Part shown: positions 23,794 through 34,000 of the stretch, one piece after another | Layout of the letters: each line of letters begins with the position of its first letter | Numbering within the stretch: the stretch's first letter is position 1 | Origin: Flectonema sp. DT1601 | Taxonomy: Eukaryota | NCBI GenBank assembly: GCA_964019425.1 | Contig: OZ025801.1 | Location: forward strand, 806,001 to 870,000 | Reading direction: 5' to 3' | DNA: 64,000 bases | The notes under the pieces: model-generated | What the model was told of the DNA's origin: nothing | Database searches by the model: none | The model's input: the letters and a program-made list of their open reading frames with translations, nothing else | Program-made: the position numbers and the translations under genes

Positions 23794-24161
23794 CTCCAGA
23801 CCGAAGGGGATTTAAAAACAAAAAAAAAAAACACGAAACCTGTACTTCTCCCTTCCCATAGATATCCCTCCCGATCCTTCCGAAGGTGGTGAGGGAGGAT
23901 TTTCTTTTTGTTATTATCTTACTCCACACTAGTTGGGGGTGTTGTCAACTATCTATCTACGATATATATTTCTTATTATTATTATTACTATTTCTTTTGG
24001 ATTGTTATATTTTCATAAAAAAGTGTTTTAATTTGACAAAAAAATAAACAGTCATTCTCATTTATCTCTCAACAGGTCGACATTCATCAAAATTCTTTTT
24101 GATGTTGATGGCAGTACACTTTGATCGCTAATATAATTTTATAAATCAGAATAATATAAAA

Positions 24162-25181
24162 ATGCTGTGGAAGCAAATTCAAAAGAGATGCCTTTCAGAG
24201 ATGGCTGAGAAGGTTTTGAGTGGTGACAGACGATCAGTTTCACGTGCGATAACTCTAATTGAAAGTAGCAATCCGGATCATAGAAGGCAAGCTGATTTAT
24301 TATTGCAAGAAGTAGCAACTTATGAAAATAGATCTTCGTTTAGAGTGGCTGTTTCGGGACCTCCAGGCGCAGGTAAATCATGTTTTATCGAGGCACTTGG
24401 TACTCATTTAACTGAAAATCTTGGAAAGAAAGTTGCAGTCCTTACAATCGATCCTTCATCGACCATAAGTGGAGGATCATTGTTAGGTGATAAGACCCGA
24501 ATGGATAAATTGTCAATCAACAATAACGCTTATGTTAGACCATCACCAACAAAAGGATGTCTTGGTGGTGTAGCTGAAGCAACTTACGACAGCAGTCAAC
24601 TCTGTGAAGCGGCTGGTTTTGACGTCATTATAATCGAAACTGTTGGTGTTGGTCAGTCTGAAGTAGCAGCTCGCAACATGTCTGATTGTTTCTTGTTACT
24701 CCTCCCACCATCATCTGGTGATGAACTCCAAGGTATAAAGAAAGGTATCGTCGAAGTTGCCGACATCGTTGCCATCACAAAGGCTGATGGCAGCACTGAA
24801 AAGTTAGCCAAGTCAAGTCAGGTTGAGTATCGTAAGGCATTGCAATTAATTCGTCCTTTCGGTAGATGTACAGACTGGCGTGCTCCAGTATTAACCTGTT
24901 CGTCTAAAGCAAATAAAGGAATATCGGAATTGTGGGATAAAATAATGTTCTTTTCAACAGAAGAGAGTGATGAGATAAAATCTAGACGACACAACTATCG
25001 AGTTGAGAAGCTCTGGGAGAGCATACGAGCTGACATTACTCGTCGCATAGAAGCTGATCAGCGAATGTCTGACTCTGCTCAAAAACTCACTGAAGGGGTT
25101 CGCAGAGGAAGTGTCGTACCTCGACTGGCATCTCGTCAAATTCTTGACGCTTGGCTACGAACTCAAATAAAAGCTGCTTGA
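24162..25181 (+). CDS. MMAA: Methylmalonyl-CoA mutase-associated GTPase (MeaB/ArgK/MMAA family)
   Basis: SRAITLIES, GPPGAGKS (P-loop), IDPSS..SGGSLLGDKTRM, IETVGVGQSE, GDELQGIKKG, ITKAD. Confidence 0.95.
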   Translation: MLWKQIQKRCLSEMAEKVLSGDRRSVSRAITLIESSNPDHRRQADLLLQEVATYENRSSFRVAVSGPPGAGKSCFIEALGTHLTENLGKKVAVLTIDPSSTISGGSLLGDKTRMDKLSINNNAYVRPSPTKGCLGGVAEATYDSSQLCEAAGFDVIIIETVGVGQSEVAARNMSDCFLLLLPPSSGDELQGIKKGIVEVADIVAITKADGSTEKLAKSSQVEYRKALQLIRPFGRCTDWRAPVLTCSSKANKGISELWDKIMFFSTEESDEIKSRRHNYRVEKLWESIRADITRRIEADQRMSDSAQKLTEGVRRGSVVPRLASRQILDAWLRTQIKAA

Positions 25182-25609
25182 AAATCAAATTCTTTTATGA
25201 GACTTTATAAACAATTAACTTGTGGTCATTTCGTAGATGAAACTTACCAACTATGAAATACTACAATCTCTTATCGTTGACTTGTCTACTTGAGAACATT
25301 TCCTTTTTGGGCTCATCAAGATGGGTAATGTGATAGGGAAAAAAAAACGTTTTTTCACTCTAGGTACTTTGCATGCCTAAAGACGGTACATATTTACCGA
25401 CAGATTTTATTTTTTCTCCTCCACCTCCAAATTATTGTTTCTTTTCATCATCAGTATTCACACTAATGTATAAAACAGTTGAAACTATAAAAGGAATTTT
25501 CTCAGTCGAGAAGAATGTTTATAAAAACAATAACATAAAGTGATTCATGTTGACTAACGTTTTAATAATTTCACTACCTTCACATAGAACGGGGGACTCC
25601 AAACAAAAT

Positions 25610-27517
25610 ATGACTTCCGTCGAGCTCCGTGAGAGCTTCGCAATGTTGAGAAAGGATAAGAACGCGGGAGGAGTCACAATAGACACGGTGTTAGAGTTTT
25701 TGTTAAAATTGACATCCAGACGGAAAGTAACTCGGCAACAGTTGGTCGATTGGTCTGACCAATCTGATGGTGATCTTATAAACTTAACAAACTTTTCGCA
25801 ATTAGTGGAGATGGCGAGAGTAGCATGCGAACAGGGATCAGTCGCAGCGCAATTAGAAAAAATGCGTCGGGTGTTTGTGAGTGAAATATTTACCATAATT
25901 GACACCAACAAAGATGGGAAGATATCTCGATCTGAAGTAGAAAACTTTTTGTGTGGATGCGAAGTACCAGAACCGATTACACCTCCACAAGTACATGACC
26001 TTCTCCGTATTGGTGATATTGGTAACAACCTTTCAAAGGAAGACTTCCATATGATCATTATCGATATCTTTCTTGATGAAGGTGAACGCGCAGGGTTTCT
26101 TCCCATCCTTGTTAAGTGCGCTCGAAAAGACTTCGAGGCTCGTCAAACGCAAAAACTTCGTGCAATCGCTTCTTTTAATAAAGTTGTTGGAAAAGTTAAA
26201 TCATTCACGATCAAGAATAGCAGTTTTGCTCCTTCTAATCCATCGTCTCTTCCAGACTCACCAACATCACTACACTCATCACAACCGAATGATATTAATG
26301 AAATGGCGTCACCTACCGCAACCAGTTTATCACCATCCTCTCCTATGTCTCTGAGTCCTGAATTTGGTAAAAAGAAAAGTGGAAAATGGAGTAGTTGGAA
26401 ATCAGCTGCTGCCTCAACAGTTCAAAGCAAGAAGAGCGCAGCAGCACAGGCAGCAGCTACAGCTCACCAACATACTGTTGAGGAGAATAAGAATTTAAAA
26501 ATGACTATCACCCGACTTACCAATGAGAATGACGAGCTACGGGAAGACCATCAAATTCAAAGTGACATCATCGATAAATTAGAAAAAGAATTGGAATTAT
26601 ACTCCTCCACCACATCACTAAATACTCACGCTCTACAACAACAGCTGGTTAGTTGTAGAGGGGAACTGACTAAAATGTCGTCTTTAAAAAGTGAATACGA
26701 TTCTCTAAATGAAAACATGCGTACAAAACAATCGCAGATGGACAACTTATCATCCGACCTTTCAATTCAAAAAGAAGAACTCAGTAGAGAAAAAGAAAAG
26801 GCACGTGAATTAGCAGCCATTCGAAAACAAGAACACCAAGAAGCTCTGAGAAATAAAACTGAATTATTGAAATTAAAAAGTGTTGTTAGACAACAACAAG
26901 AAGATTTGATTGAAAAACAAAAAACGATTGAGAGAATGGAATTTGATCAGCGAATTGAAGCGATTGAAGCTGCTGGACTAAACAACACGACAAACTTATT
27001 CGCGACAAGCAAATTCGCTGAAACGATTGACTTTTTAGATGCTCCAGAATCACCTGACTTAGACGGCGTACTGTTCTTAAACCCTCCAAAACACGTTGAA
27101 TCAGCCGCAACCATCAACAGTACGTTGTTCGAGTCAGCTGGTCCAATTTACTACACATTATCATCACCAATAAGACCATCACAGTTAATGTTTGATATAA
27201 AAGTTTGTTCATCAACTACGTCTGAATACATCACATGTCGTGACAATACATCAAATAGAAGTATTTCACTTACGATTGATCAAAGTTATGTTTCAATACC
27301 CGCGACGGCATTGTCGTTTAAATTATCTGAAGATTGGAATACGATATCAGTTACGTATTCTTGGCAACGACAGTCTTATTCACTTTTTCTTGGAAGTATG
27401 AAAGTTTGTTCTGATCAACCTTTCCGTGATAGGGGAGTTGGAAACGTTGCCGTATTCGATATTTACCCACGAACTGACACGGGAATATCGTATGCGAATA
27501 TTAGGTTTTTGTATTAA
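25610..27517 (+). CDS. EF-hand and coiled-coil protein with a C-terminal beta-rich domain
   Basis: Canonical EF loop DTNKDGKISRSE plus degenerate EF-hands and a long heptad region. The likely ATG at 25610 follows CACATAG. Confidence 0.75.
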   Translation: MTSVELRESFAMLRKDKNAGGVTIDTVLEFLLKLTSRRKVTRQQLVDWSDQSDGDLINLTNFSQLVEMARVACEQGSVAAQLEKMRRVFVSEIFTIIDTNKDGKISRSEVENFLCGCEVPEPITPPQVHDLLRIGDIGNNLSKEDFHMIIIDIFLDEGERAGFLPILVKCARKDFEARQTQKLRAIASFNKVVGKVKSFTIKNSSFAPSNPSSLPDSPTSLHSSQPNDINEMASPTATSLSPSSPMSLSPEFGKKKSGKWSSWKSAAASTVQSKKSAAAQAAATAHQHTVEENKNLKMTITRLTNENDELREDHQIQSDIIDKLEKELELYSSTTSLNTHALQQQLVSCRGELTKMSSLKSEYDSLNENMRTKQSQMDNLSSDLSIQKEELSREKEKARELAAIRKQEHQEALRNKTELLKLKSVVRQQQEDLIEKQKTIERMEFDQRIEAIEAAGLNNTTNLFATSKFAETIDFLDAPESPDLDGVLFLNPPKHVESAATINSTLFESAGPIYYTLSSPIRPSQLMFDIKVCSSTTSEYITCRDNTSNRSISLTIDQSYVSIPATALSFKLSEDWNTISVTYSWQRQSYSLFLGSMKVCSDQPFRDRGVGNVAVFDIYPRTDTGISYANIRFLY

Positions 27518-28279
27518 TGTTGTTGTTGGTGGTAATCTTTTTATTAAGGTAAAGAAAACAATCATTTCTCAAGTAACAATAAAGTACTATTTTAGTACAA
27601 GGCATGTCTTCTCCGTGTCGTTGTCATTATCTTGTTTTTACGGGTGTGAAATTATTCCGTGTGGACACCCTCCATGTCTCTAGATTTATTGTAATACGTC
27701 ACTCAGAATAGCGATACTGATTACAGATCAGGTGCGATACAATCCAACAGCTGTTCGTCTGATGTTGAATTTGTGACGAGAAAGGAAGTTAAATCCTGAA
27801 ACTAAGAATAAGTGAGTGAACTGTCCCTGATCAAAGAAAAAATCTTTTCACAGGTAAGGGTTTCCTCTGTAGTCTTTATGAGGAAAAAATCACACGAATT
27901 TTCTTCTTCTTTTTAATTTCCCCCTTCCCAATTAGTATCAAGTTTCAAAATTCACGAGAGCATTTCCTCGCGAGAATGATTCTTATTCCACAGTAGTAAT
28001 ATTCGTATTCTTTAAGGGAGTACAAGTTTGGTAGTATTTTCTTTTTTGTATTCCATTTCACTAGATAAGTAGACCTGACTTCTGTTTTTTTTTTTTTTTT
28101 TTTTTTTTGTTTGTTTGTTAAATAACCTAACAGGTAACGGTTAGTTACCACCAAGGTGAAGGTTGTGTTAGTTTCTTTTTTTGTGACATCACAAAAAAAA
28201 AAAAAAAAAAAAAAATCGTTTTGTGAAAAATTAAATTATTATTCTCTCACAACAGACGGTGTTTATTGCAGTGATAATT

Positions 28280-29341
28280 ATGTCATCTCCTGCACCGGTT
28301 GTGATAGTGGGTGGTGGTGTGATTGGAAGTGCTTGCAGCTACTACCTACACAAGAGAGGTATCGCCAGCGTTATAGTAGAGCAGTGTAGTGTTGCCTGCC
28401 ACAGCAGTGGAAAGGCAGGTGGATTCCTAGCTGAGAATTGGTGTCGAGGTGAGACAGGAAAATTAGCAAAATTATCCTTTGGTCTTCACAAAGAGTTATG
28501 GAAAGAGAGTAGTGAACAAAATTGCAATCTCGGATACAGAAATTTAAATGCAGTTGAGCAAGATGTAGGCAGTCCCAACACGGCAATGATTGATAATACC
28601 TGCATGCAAGTACTCCCTTATGAGCTGACAACATATTTATCAAAAGCAGCAAAATCTATTATATCAGAAACCGTTGTATCCCTCCAGTTCGATTCCTCCT
28701 CGAAGAATATTATTTCATTATGTTGCAAATCTGGTACTAAAATACCGGTATCTGATGCGAAAGTTGTATTCTGTCTTGGACCTTGGGCTTACAAACTAAC
28801 TCAATGGATGCCCTCTTTGTACAGCTTCCCAACCAAGACATGGGACGCGCATCACGCTTCAATGGTTCACTCTGGTTTAGACCAGACTGATGCAGAAGAA
28901 TCGCAAGCAATATTCACAGGAGACAACATAGAAGTATACCCAAGAGGGAATGGTGATATGTACAGCTGTTGTGAAGATAAATGGAATTCAGCGACTGATC
29001 TTCCAGACGATCCACGTGAGATGATTCCTTCAAAGGAATCGAAAGATTTCATTCTGTCTTCCCTTAACAAACTTAACTTTAAAAATAAAGTACCACCAGA
29101 ATCTATTATAAAAGAACAGTGTTGTTGTATTCCACAATTTGGGAGTGCTCATCCAACAATCGGTAAACTCGGATTACTCAACGCGTGGATCGCATGCGGA
29201 CACAGCTGTTGGGGAATCTTGAATGGTCCTGCAACTGGATTGGTGTTGTCAGAAATGATTCAAAATAATAATTCAGATTCTACTTTTGTAGATGCCTCAG
29301 TATTCTCACCAGAAGTTCACCGACTGGAACCAGAAGAATAA
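28280..29341 (+). CDS. FAD-dependent oxidoreductase (DAO family, TDA3-like)
   Basis: VVIVGGGVIG Rossmann motif, SSGKAGGFLA, GHSCWGILNGPATG. Confidence 0.88.
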   Translation: MSSPAPVVIVGGGVIGSACSYYLHKRGIASVIVEQCSVACHSSGKAGGFLAENWCRGETGKLAKLSFGLHKELWKESSEQNCNLGYRNLNAVEQDVGSPNTAMIDNTCMQVLPYELTTYLSKAAKSIISETVVSLQFDSSSKNIISLCCKSGTKIPVSDAKVVFCLGPWAYKLTQWMPSLYSFPTKTWDAHHASMVHSGLDQTDAEESQAIFTGDNIEVYPRGNGDMYSCCEDKWNSATDLPDDPREMIPSKESKDFILSSLNKLNFKNKVPPESIIKEQCCCIPQFGSAHPTIGKLGLLNAWIACGHSCWGILNGPATGLVLSEMIQNNNSDSTFVDASVFSPEVHRLEPEE

Positions 29342-29574
29342 GCAACTAGCAATGTGTGCAAACCTATCCTGTATTTAAGCTAAACGCAAAAATTTTCTTC
29401 CCCCCGAATTATTAATGATTTGTTACTAAAAAAAAATTATTTCATTAAAAAAAGGATTGAAAGAAAAAAAAAAATGAATACACGAGACAGCACTATATTG
29501 TTATTTCAATTGTGACATATCTTAACCTACAAATTTTTTTTTTTTTTTTTTCCATCCTACAGTCTTAGTAAAGA

Positions 29575-31959
29575 ATGGATGCATTACTTGAGATAAAAGT
29601 ATCAGCTGCACTGAATGCAGCTTCAGATGTTCTAACATCCAACAAGGAACCAGTTATGTTGGGTGACGTACCTCACGATTACGAGGACAAGTTTGAGATG
29701 GCTGAATTTATTGTGAAATCAGCCAGAGAAGCCACTCTCAGCATATTCAAGACAATTGGAGTTACTGAAGACCAAATGAAGATTGCTAACGAGTGGTCAG
29801 CAAACGACAGAGTGACCATCGAATTTAAATCAGAAGAGTTTTGTGATCTCAACAAACAAACTGAAAGAGAAGAAAGCTCACCGACTGATGAAGTGTCAGC
29901 TGCTGGAATTCTTACGGTAAAGTCAAAAGTAGTAACAAAAATACAAGAATGGCATTGGGTTATTCGTAACAGGTATAAAATAATACTTTATCCGGGAAAT
30001 AAACACAATCAGTCAATAACCATAGTTCACAATGAGATCCGCACTGACGCCATTACACTCACTGACACTCCTCCGATACCAACACAAGACAGTGCAATGT
30101 GTGATCTTCATTGGTTTTTTAATAACAAGAACTTCCAAATCAACAGATCTTCCCCAGACTGCCACACTCCCTTACGAAACACGGATACCACTACTGCGGG
30201 AGAGTTCTTTTTAAAGATCGAACAGTTTTATTCATCAATATGCAAACGATTTCGTAACTGGTGTAGTAAATTCAACATAAAAGGAATCTTCAAAGAAGAC
30301 GACGTCTATGACAGCGGAAGTGTATTCTTACCAGTACAGAGCTTCTTAATCAGAGATAACGAAACCAATGAAGTCAGAGCTCCCCAAGAAACAGATTTAC
30401 AATCTCTAATCAGACTACAAGATGAAACATTAAACGAAAAAATAGAAAAGATATGCGTTCAGTTTAAAGTCGATACTCCTGCATTGACAAGTCAAGAAGC
30501 GCAGTTGTTGATGGTGGTGAGTTTCGGTCAGAGGGTGTGCAAATCATTCGTAGATGCGATTGGTTATATTGAGTCGCTGTTATACAGTCAGCTTCGTAAA
30601 GCGATCGGATGTGAGATTTCTGACAGGGATTTTGATGACTTCATGAAATATCATTCTGCTAAACTTGTTCTCCCCGAATACAAACCACGTCAGTTATCAT
30701 ATCCTGTGAGATCAAAACAATCACAGAATCCTGCGGGAAATATGATTCTCAGTAGAAAATGGTCGACTGGAATGTCTTCTCCTGTCTTATCAATCTGTAA
30801 GTCGAAAACTAACATCACACCAACTATTGAAACGTCATCGGGCTGTATCGTAGAGGCACCTGGGGATGTAAAAGTTCATTCAATTATTAATAATATGTTC
30901 AAATCGGGAAATCTCAATTTGGAATTAAAAATTTCATCAAAAAGGTTTAATGGAATCATCGCTGTACTTGGAACTATCGAGGAAGGATGTCGACTTAAAC
31001 CTTGTCATGCCATCACTTTAGTCGATTCTGACTCTGTTACTATTCCGTTTATTCAAGAAATGATATCTTCTGGAAATAAAAATGTTAATTTAGAAAGTCT
31101 CAGTGAAGAACAGCGACAATTCGCTCTCGCTTATAAAAATATTCAATTAGCGAACAGTTTATTTGGCGTTCTATTGGTGCCTTTAATTCCAAACTTAGAA
31201 AAACTTGTTAACCTTCCGGAGGATAGTTTATTGTCGGAGGTGCAACTTGTCACTGATTTGGTTGAGATATTTTCAAAATTTCAAGTTTCAGGTGATCTGA
31301 TCGCCTTCTGTGAAGAAGACCTTCCAACAGACCTTCCCGATGATATTACAGTCGATCGTAAAATATTATTTGTAAGACAAAATGTTGATATGTTAAATAG
31401 ATATATCGAACATTTGAAAAAAGAAGAACTACGTGAAGCTACCACAGCAAACATAATCGATTCCAACAATCAATTAACTTCCAAAGATGTTGATGCGCCA
31501 TCGGTCACTACGGCGTCTCAGACTACAACATCTGGAAGTGAGATGCTACTCAACAGTGATCAGCTATTAGGAATACCTTATCTATTAGACGGTCGGTTAA
31601 AACTTCAACGTGAGGGTGGTTCAATATGTCAGTCGATACTGAAACCTTCACCATGGACCTCAACAAGTAAACAATCTGAATGTAAAACTGAAGCCTTGTC
31701 TCTCCTTGAAATCTTTACGAATACAGGAGCAGTTCCTCTCCATCACTCATGTCAAATGCATGTGATTGTTTCTGTTTGTCATTTGTTTGAAGATTCTCTT
31801 GTTGATACTTTGATTAGAAAATCAAATAATCCGATCGAAAACATAGAAAAGACAATTCTCTCATGTGCTTCTGTTATTCACGAAACTGACATCTCAAATC
31901 TTCTTGCTGAAGGACAAGCAGAGCGGTTGATGAAAATATCACCTTCGGTGTTAACGTAG
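29575..31959 (+). CDS. Hypothetical protein (794 aa)
   Basis: Long ORF preceded by a long poly-T tract and CCATCCTACAG acceptor (ends 29562). No recognised motif. Confidence 0.75.
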   Translation: MDALLEIKVSAALNAASDVLTSNKEPVMLGDVPHDYEDKFEMAEFIVKSAREATLSIFKTIGVTEDQMKIANEWSANDRVTIEFKSEEFCDLNKQTEREESSPTDEVSAAGILTVKSKVVTKIQEWHWVIRNRYKIILYPGNKHNQSITIVHNEIRTDAITLTDTPPIPTQDSAMCDLHWFFNNKNFQINRSSPDCHTPLRNTDTTTAGEFFLKIEQFYSSICKRFRNWCSKFNIKGIFKEDDVYDSGSVFLPVQSFLIRDNETNEVRAPQETDLQSLIRLQDETLNEKIEKICVQFKVDTPALTSQEAQLLMVVSFGQRVCKSFVDAIGYIESLLYSQLRKAIGCEISDRDFDDFMKYHSAKLVLPEYKPRQLSYPVRSKQSQNPAGNMILSRKWSTGMSSPVLSICKSKTNITPTIETSSGCIVEAPGDVKVHSIINNMFKSGNLNLELKISSKRFNGIIAVLGTIEEGCRLKPCHAITLVDSDSVTIPFIQEMISSGNKNVNLESLSEEQRQFALAYKNIQLANSLFGVLLVPLIPNLEKLVNLPEDSLLSEVQLVTDLVEIFSKFQVSGDLIAFCEEDLPTDLPDDITVDRKILFVRQNVDMLNRYIEHLKKEELREATTANIIDSNNQLTSKDVDAPSVTTASQTTTSGSEMLLNSDQLLGIPYLLDGRLKLQREGGSICQSILKPSPWTSTSKQSECKTEALSLLEIFTNTGAVPLHHSCQMHVIVSVCHLFEDSLVDTLIRKSNNPIENIEKTILSCASVIHETDISNLLAEGQAERLMKISPSVLT

Positions 31960-32444
31960 TGGTACTTTTTATAACTTTCATCTACTCCCGACATAATCAC
32001 TACCCTAGCCATTGACTTTTAATGTGAGCGTGGTTGCAAGTTATGTTTTTGAGTTTTTTCTTTTTTCTTTTTCTCTCCTCTCTTCTAACACCCGGGAGGC
32101 AGGTTGTTTTTCCTTTTTTTAAAACAACCCGCTTTCTTTTAAGTTTCGATGTGTGAGGAACAAAGTTTACCAGAGGCCTTAGTATAGCTGTTTTTTGCAC
32201 CCTAACCTATTTAAAAAAAATACTTGCCTGTCTTTTTTTTTTTTCTTAAAGAAATTCTTTTTATTTTTATATGGAATTTATTTTATTGTCTTACATTATA
32301 CGTCGGTAGTGTTGTCCGCTGTGAGGAATCGATCGATGCTTTTAAATATGCGGTGTTGAGTTTTTTTTTTTCTTTCTCTTCTTTTTTTTTTTTTTCTTTT
32401 CTCATTCTCATTAACAACAATCAGGTCTTCACCAAACAACACAA

Positions 32445-32732
32445 ATGGAAGTATCTGAACTGCAAAAAGAAGTTAGGCGTCTAAGACGAAGCGCTGCTCA
32501 GACGATAATTGCCCATAGAGCACTAGCTGAATTACAATGGCAGCAACAGTTAGAAACTGGAAAAGCTCTTCATGATGATATGACGAACACATTATATCAA
32601 GATGGCGGTAGGACAATAAAACATAACTACAAGTGGAATCAATACTACACACCTGATGGATACCCTTACGTCTATTGTGAAGAGACTCGTGAAACAAGAT
32701 GGGGTCATGCTCCGTCTGTTCATATTCTCTAA
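32445..32732 (+). CDS. Small WW-domain protein
   Basis: WNQYYTPDGYPYVYCEETRETRWGHAP fits the WW consensus. Confidence 0.75.
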   Translation: MEVSELQKEVRRLRRSAAQTIIAHRALAELQWQQQLETGKALHDDMTNTLYQDGGRTIKHNYKWNQYYTPDGYPYVYCEETRETRWGHAPSVHIL

Positions 32733-32816
32733 ACCTTGTTTTATATAATACGACTCAAAAAAATAGTTTTTATAATTCCGATAACAATATCTAATACAGC
32801 CAGCAAAGGTCACAAA

Positions 32817-33824
32817 ATGCAAGCAAAAGATGCTCGGAATCGACTACGTGCAGAGCTTCGTTCCGCTGGTGAAGATGATGTCACAGTTGCTGTTGTTCTG
32901 CTACCACGGAATCTATGGAGAGATGTAACTGTTTTGGGAAGTTCTTACAGAGAAAACATCCGATGTGGACCACACATCACTATGATTGACCCATGCATTA
33001 AACCTGAGCTATTACAACCAAAGCTATTAGCTGAAGAACTCAGATTGGAATTTGAAAAACGAAATTTACGTGAATTTGACGTAACCTTAAAAGACCTTGA
33101 TCTCTTTAAACATCCTTCTGGTTCTGCGACTGTTTGGATAAAACCAGAAACTGATAACAATGAACTAATAGTCCTTCAAGATGCAATGCTGTCATTAATC
33201 CCAAAGTGTAATAGGGTGAACACTATATCGGTTGATAAAAAATTTCATCCTCACGTGACCATCGCAAAGTTTGACACATCAGCTGAAGCGTTGGCAACGA
33301 TGCCTGTTTGGCAAAAATTATGGAAACCGCAAAAATTTACCGTCACAGACATAGCTTTACTTAGCAGGTATAAAAATGATCCTTACGAGATTGTATCATT
33401 AGCTCCTTTGAGTGGAGACAAGACGACTCAAACTGTTTCGTATTGCTGTCCATCATTGATGCCTCAATTAAATAAAATAAAACTATCCAACGAAAACATC
33501 TGTCGTACACTTCGTGTATGTCCTGCATCGGACCCAACTGTTGACTGTCTTGTTGAACATGTAGAGCACCTTATTAATTCTTCGTCTGGCACTCCTCGTG
33601 ATGTCTCGTTGTGGTTGTTTGCTTCGTCGAGGGAAATGTTTGCTTTCTTAGATCGAACAAATCATCCTTCGCATGTGAGATATGAGCCTCTGGCTACGTG
33701 TGCCTATCCCGATATTATCGATAATAATTCACCTCCGTTTGAAGTATTAGGAGAAGTGACAGCGGAGACTAAAGAAACCAAATCCAGTAAAGAGAAACGA
33801 AAAAAGAAATCTCGACTACAATAA
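32817..33824 (+). CDS. 2H phosphoesterase (2'-5' RNA ligase-like / LENG9-like)
   Basis: Two HxT motifs, PHITM and PHVTI, about 90 aa apart. ATG at 32817. Confidence 0.82.
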   Translation: MQAKDARNRLRAELRSAGEDDVTVAVVLLPRNLWRDVTVLGSSYRENIRCGPHITMIDPCIKPELLQPKLLAEELRLEFEKRNLREFDVTLKDLDLFKHPSGSATVWIKPETDNNELIVLQDAMLSLIPKCNRVNTISVDKKFHPHVTIAKFDTSAEALATMPVWQKLWKPQKFTVTDIALLSRYKNDPYEIVSLAPLSGDKTTQTVSYCCPSLMPQLNKIKLSNENICRTLRVCPASDPTVDCLVEHVEHLINSSSGTPRDVSLWLFASSREMFAFLDRTNHPSHVRYEPLATCAYPDIIDNNSPPFEVLGEVTAETKETKSSKEKRKKKSRLQ

Positions 33825-34000
33825 TTAGTTTTTTTTTAAACTAAACGCTTTCTTCCTAACCTAACCAAAATTCCGATCGCCTTGCGAGATATTGCGAGTA
33901 CGCTTATCGGTTGTGAGAGCGCATATTTTTGTGTTTTTTTTAATTGTCATCATCACATTTTTTTTCTTTCATAACAAAGGAAGGTACGGTCCGACAACAC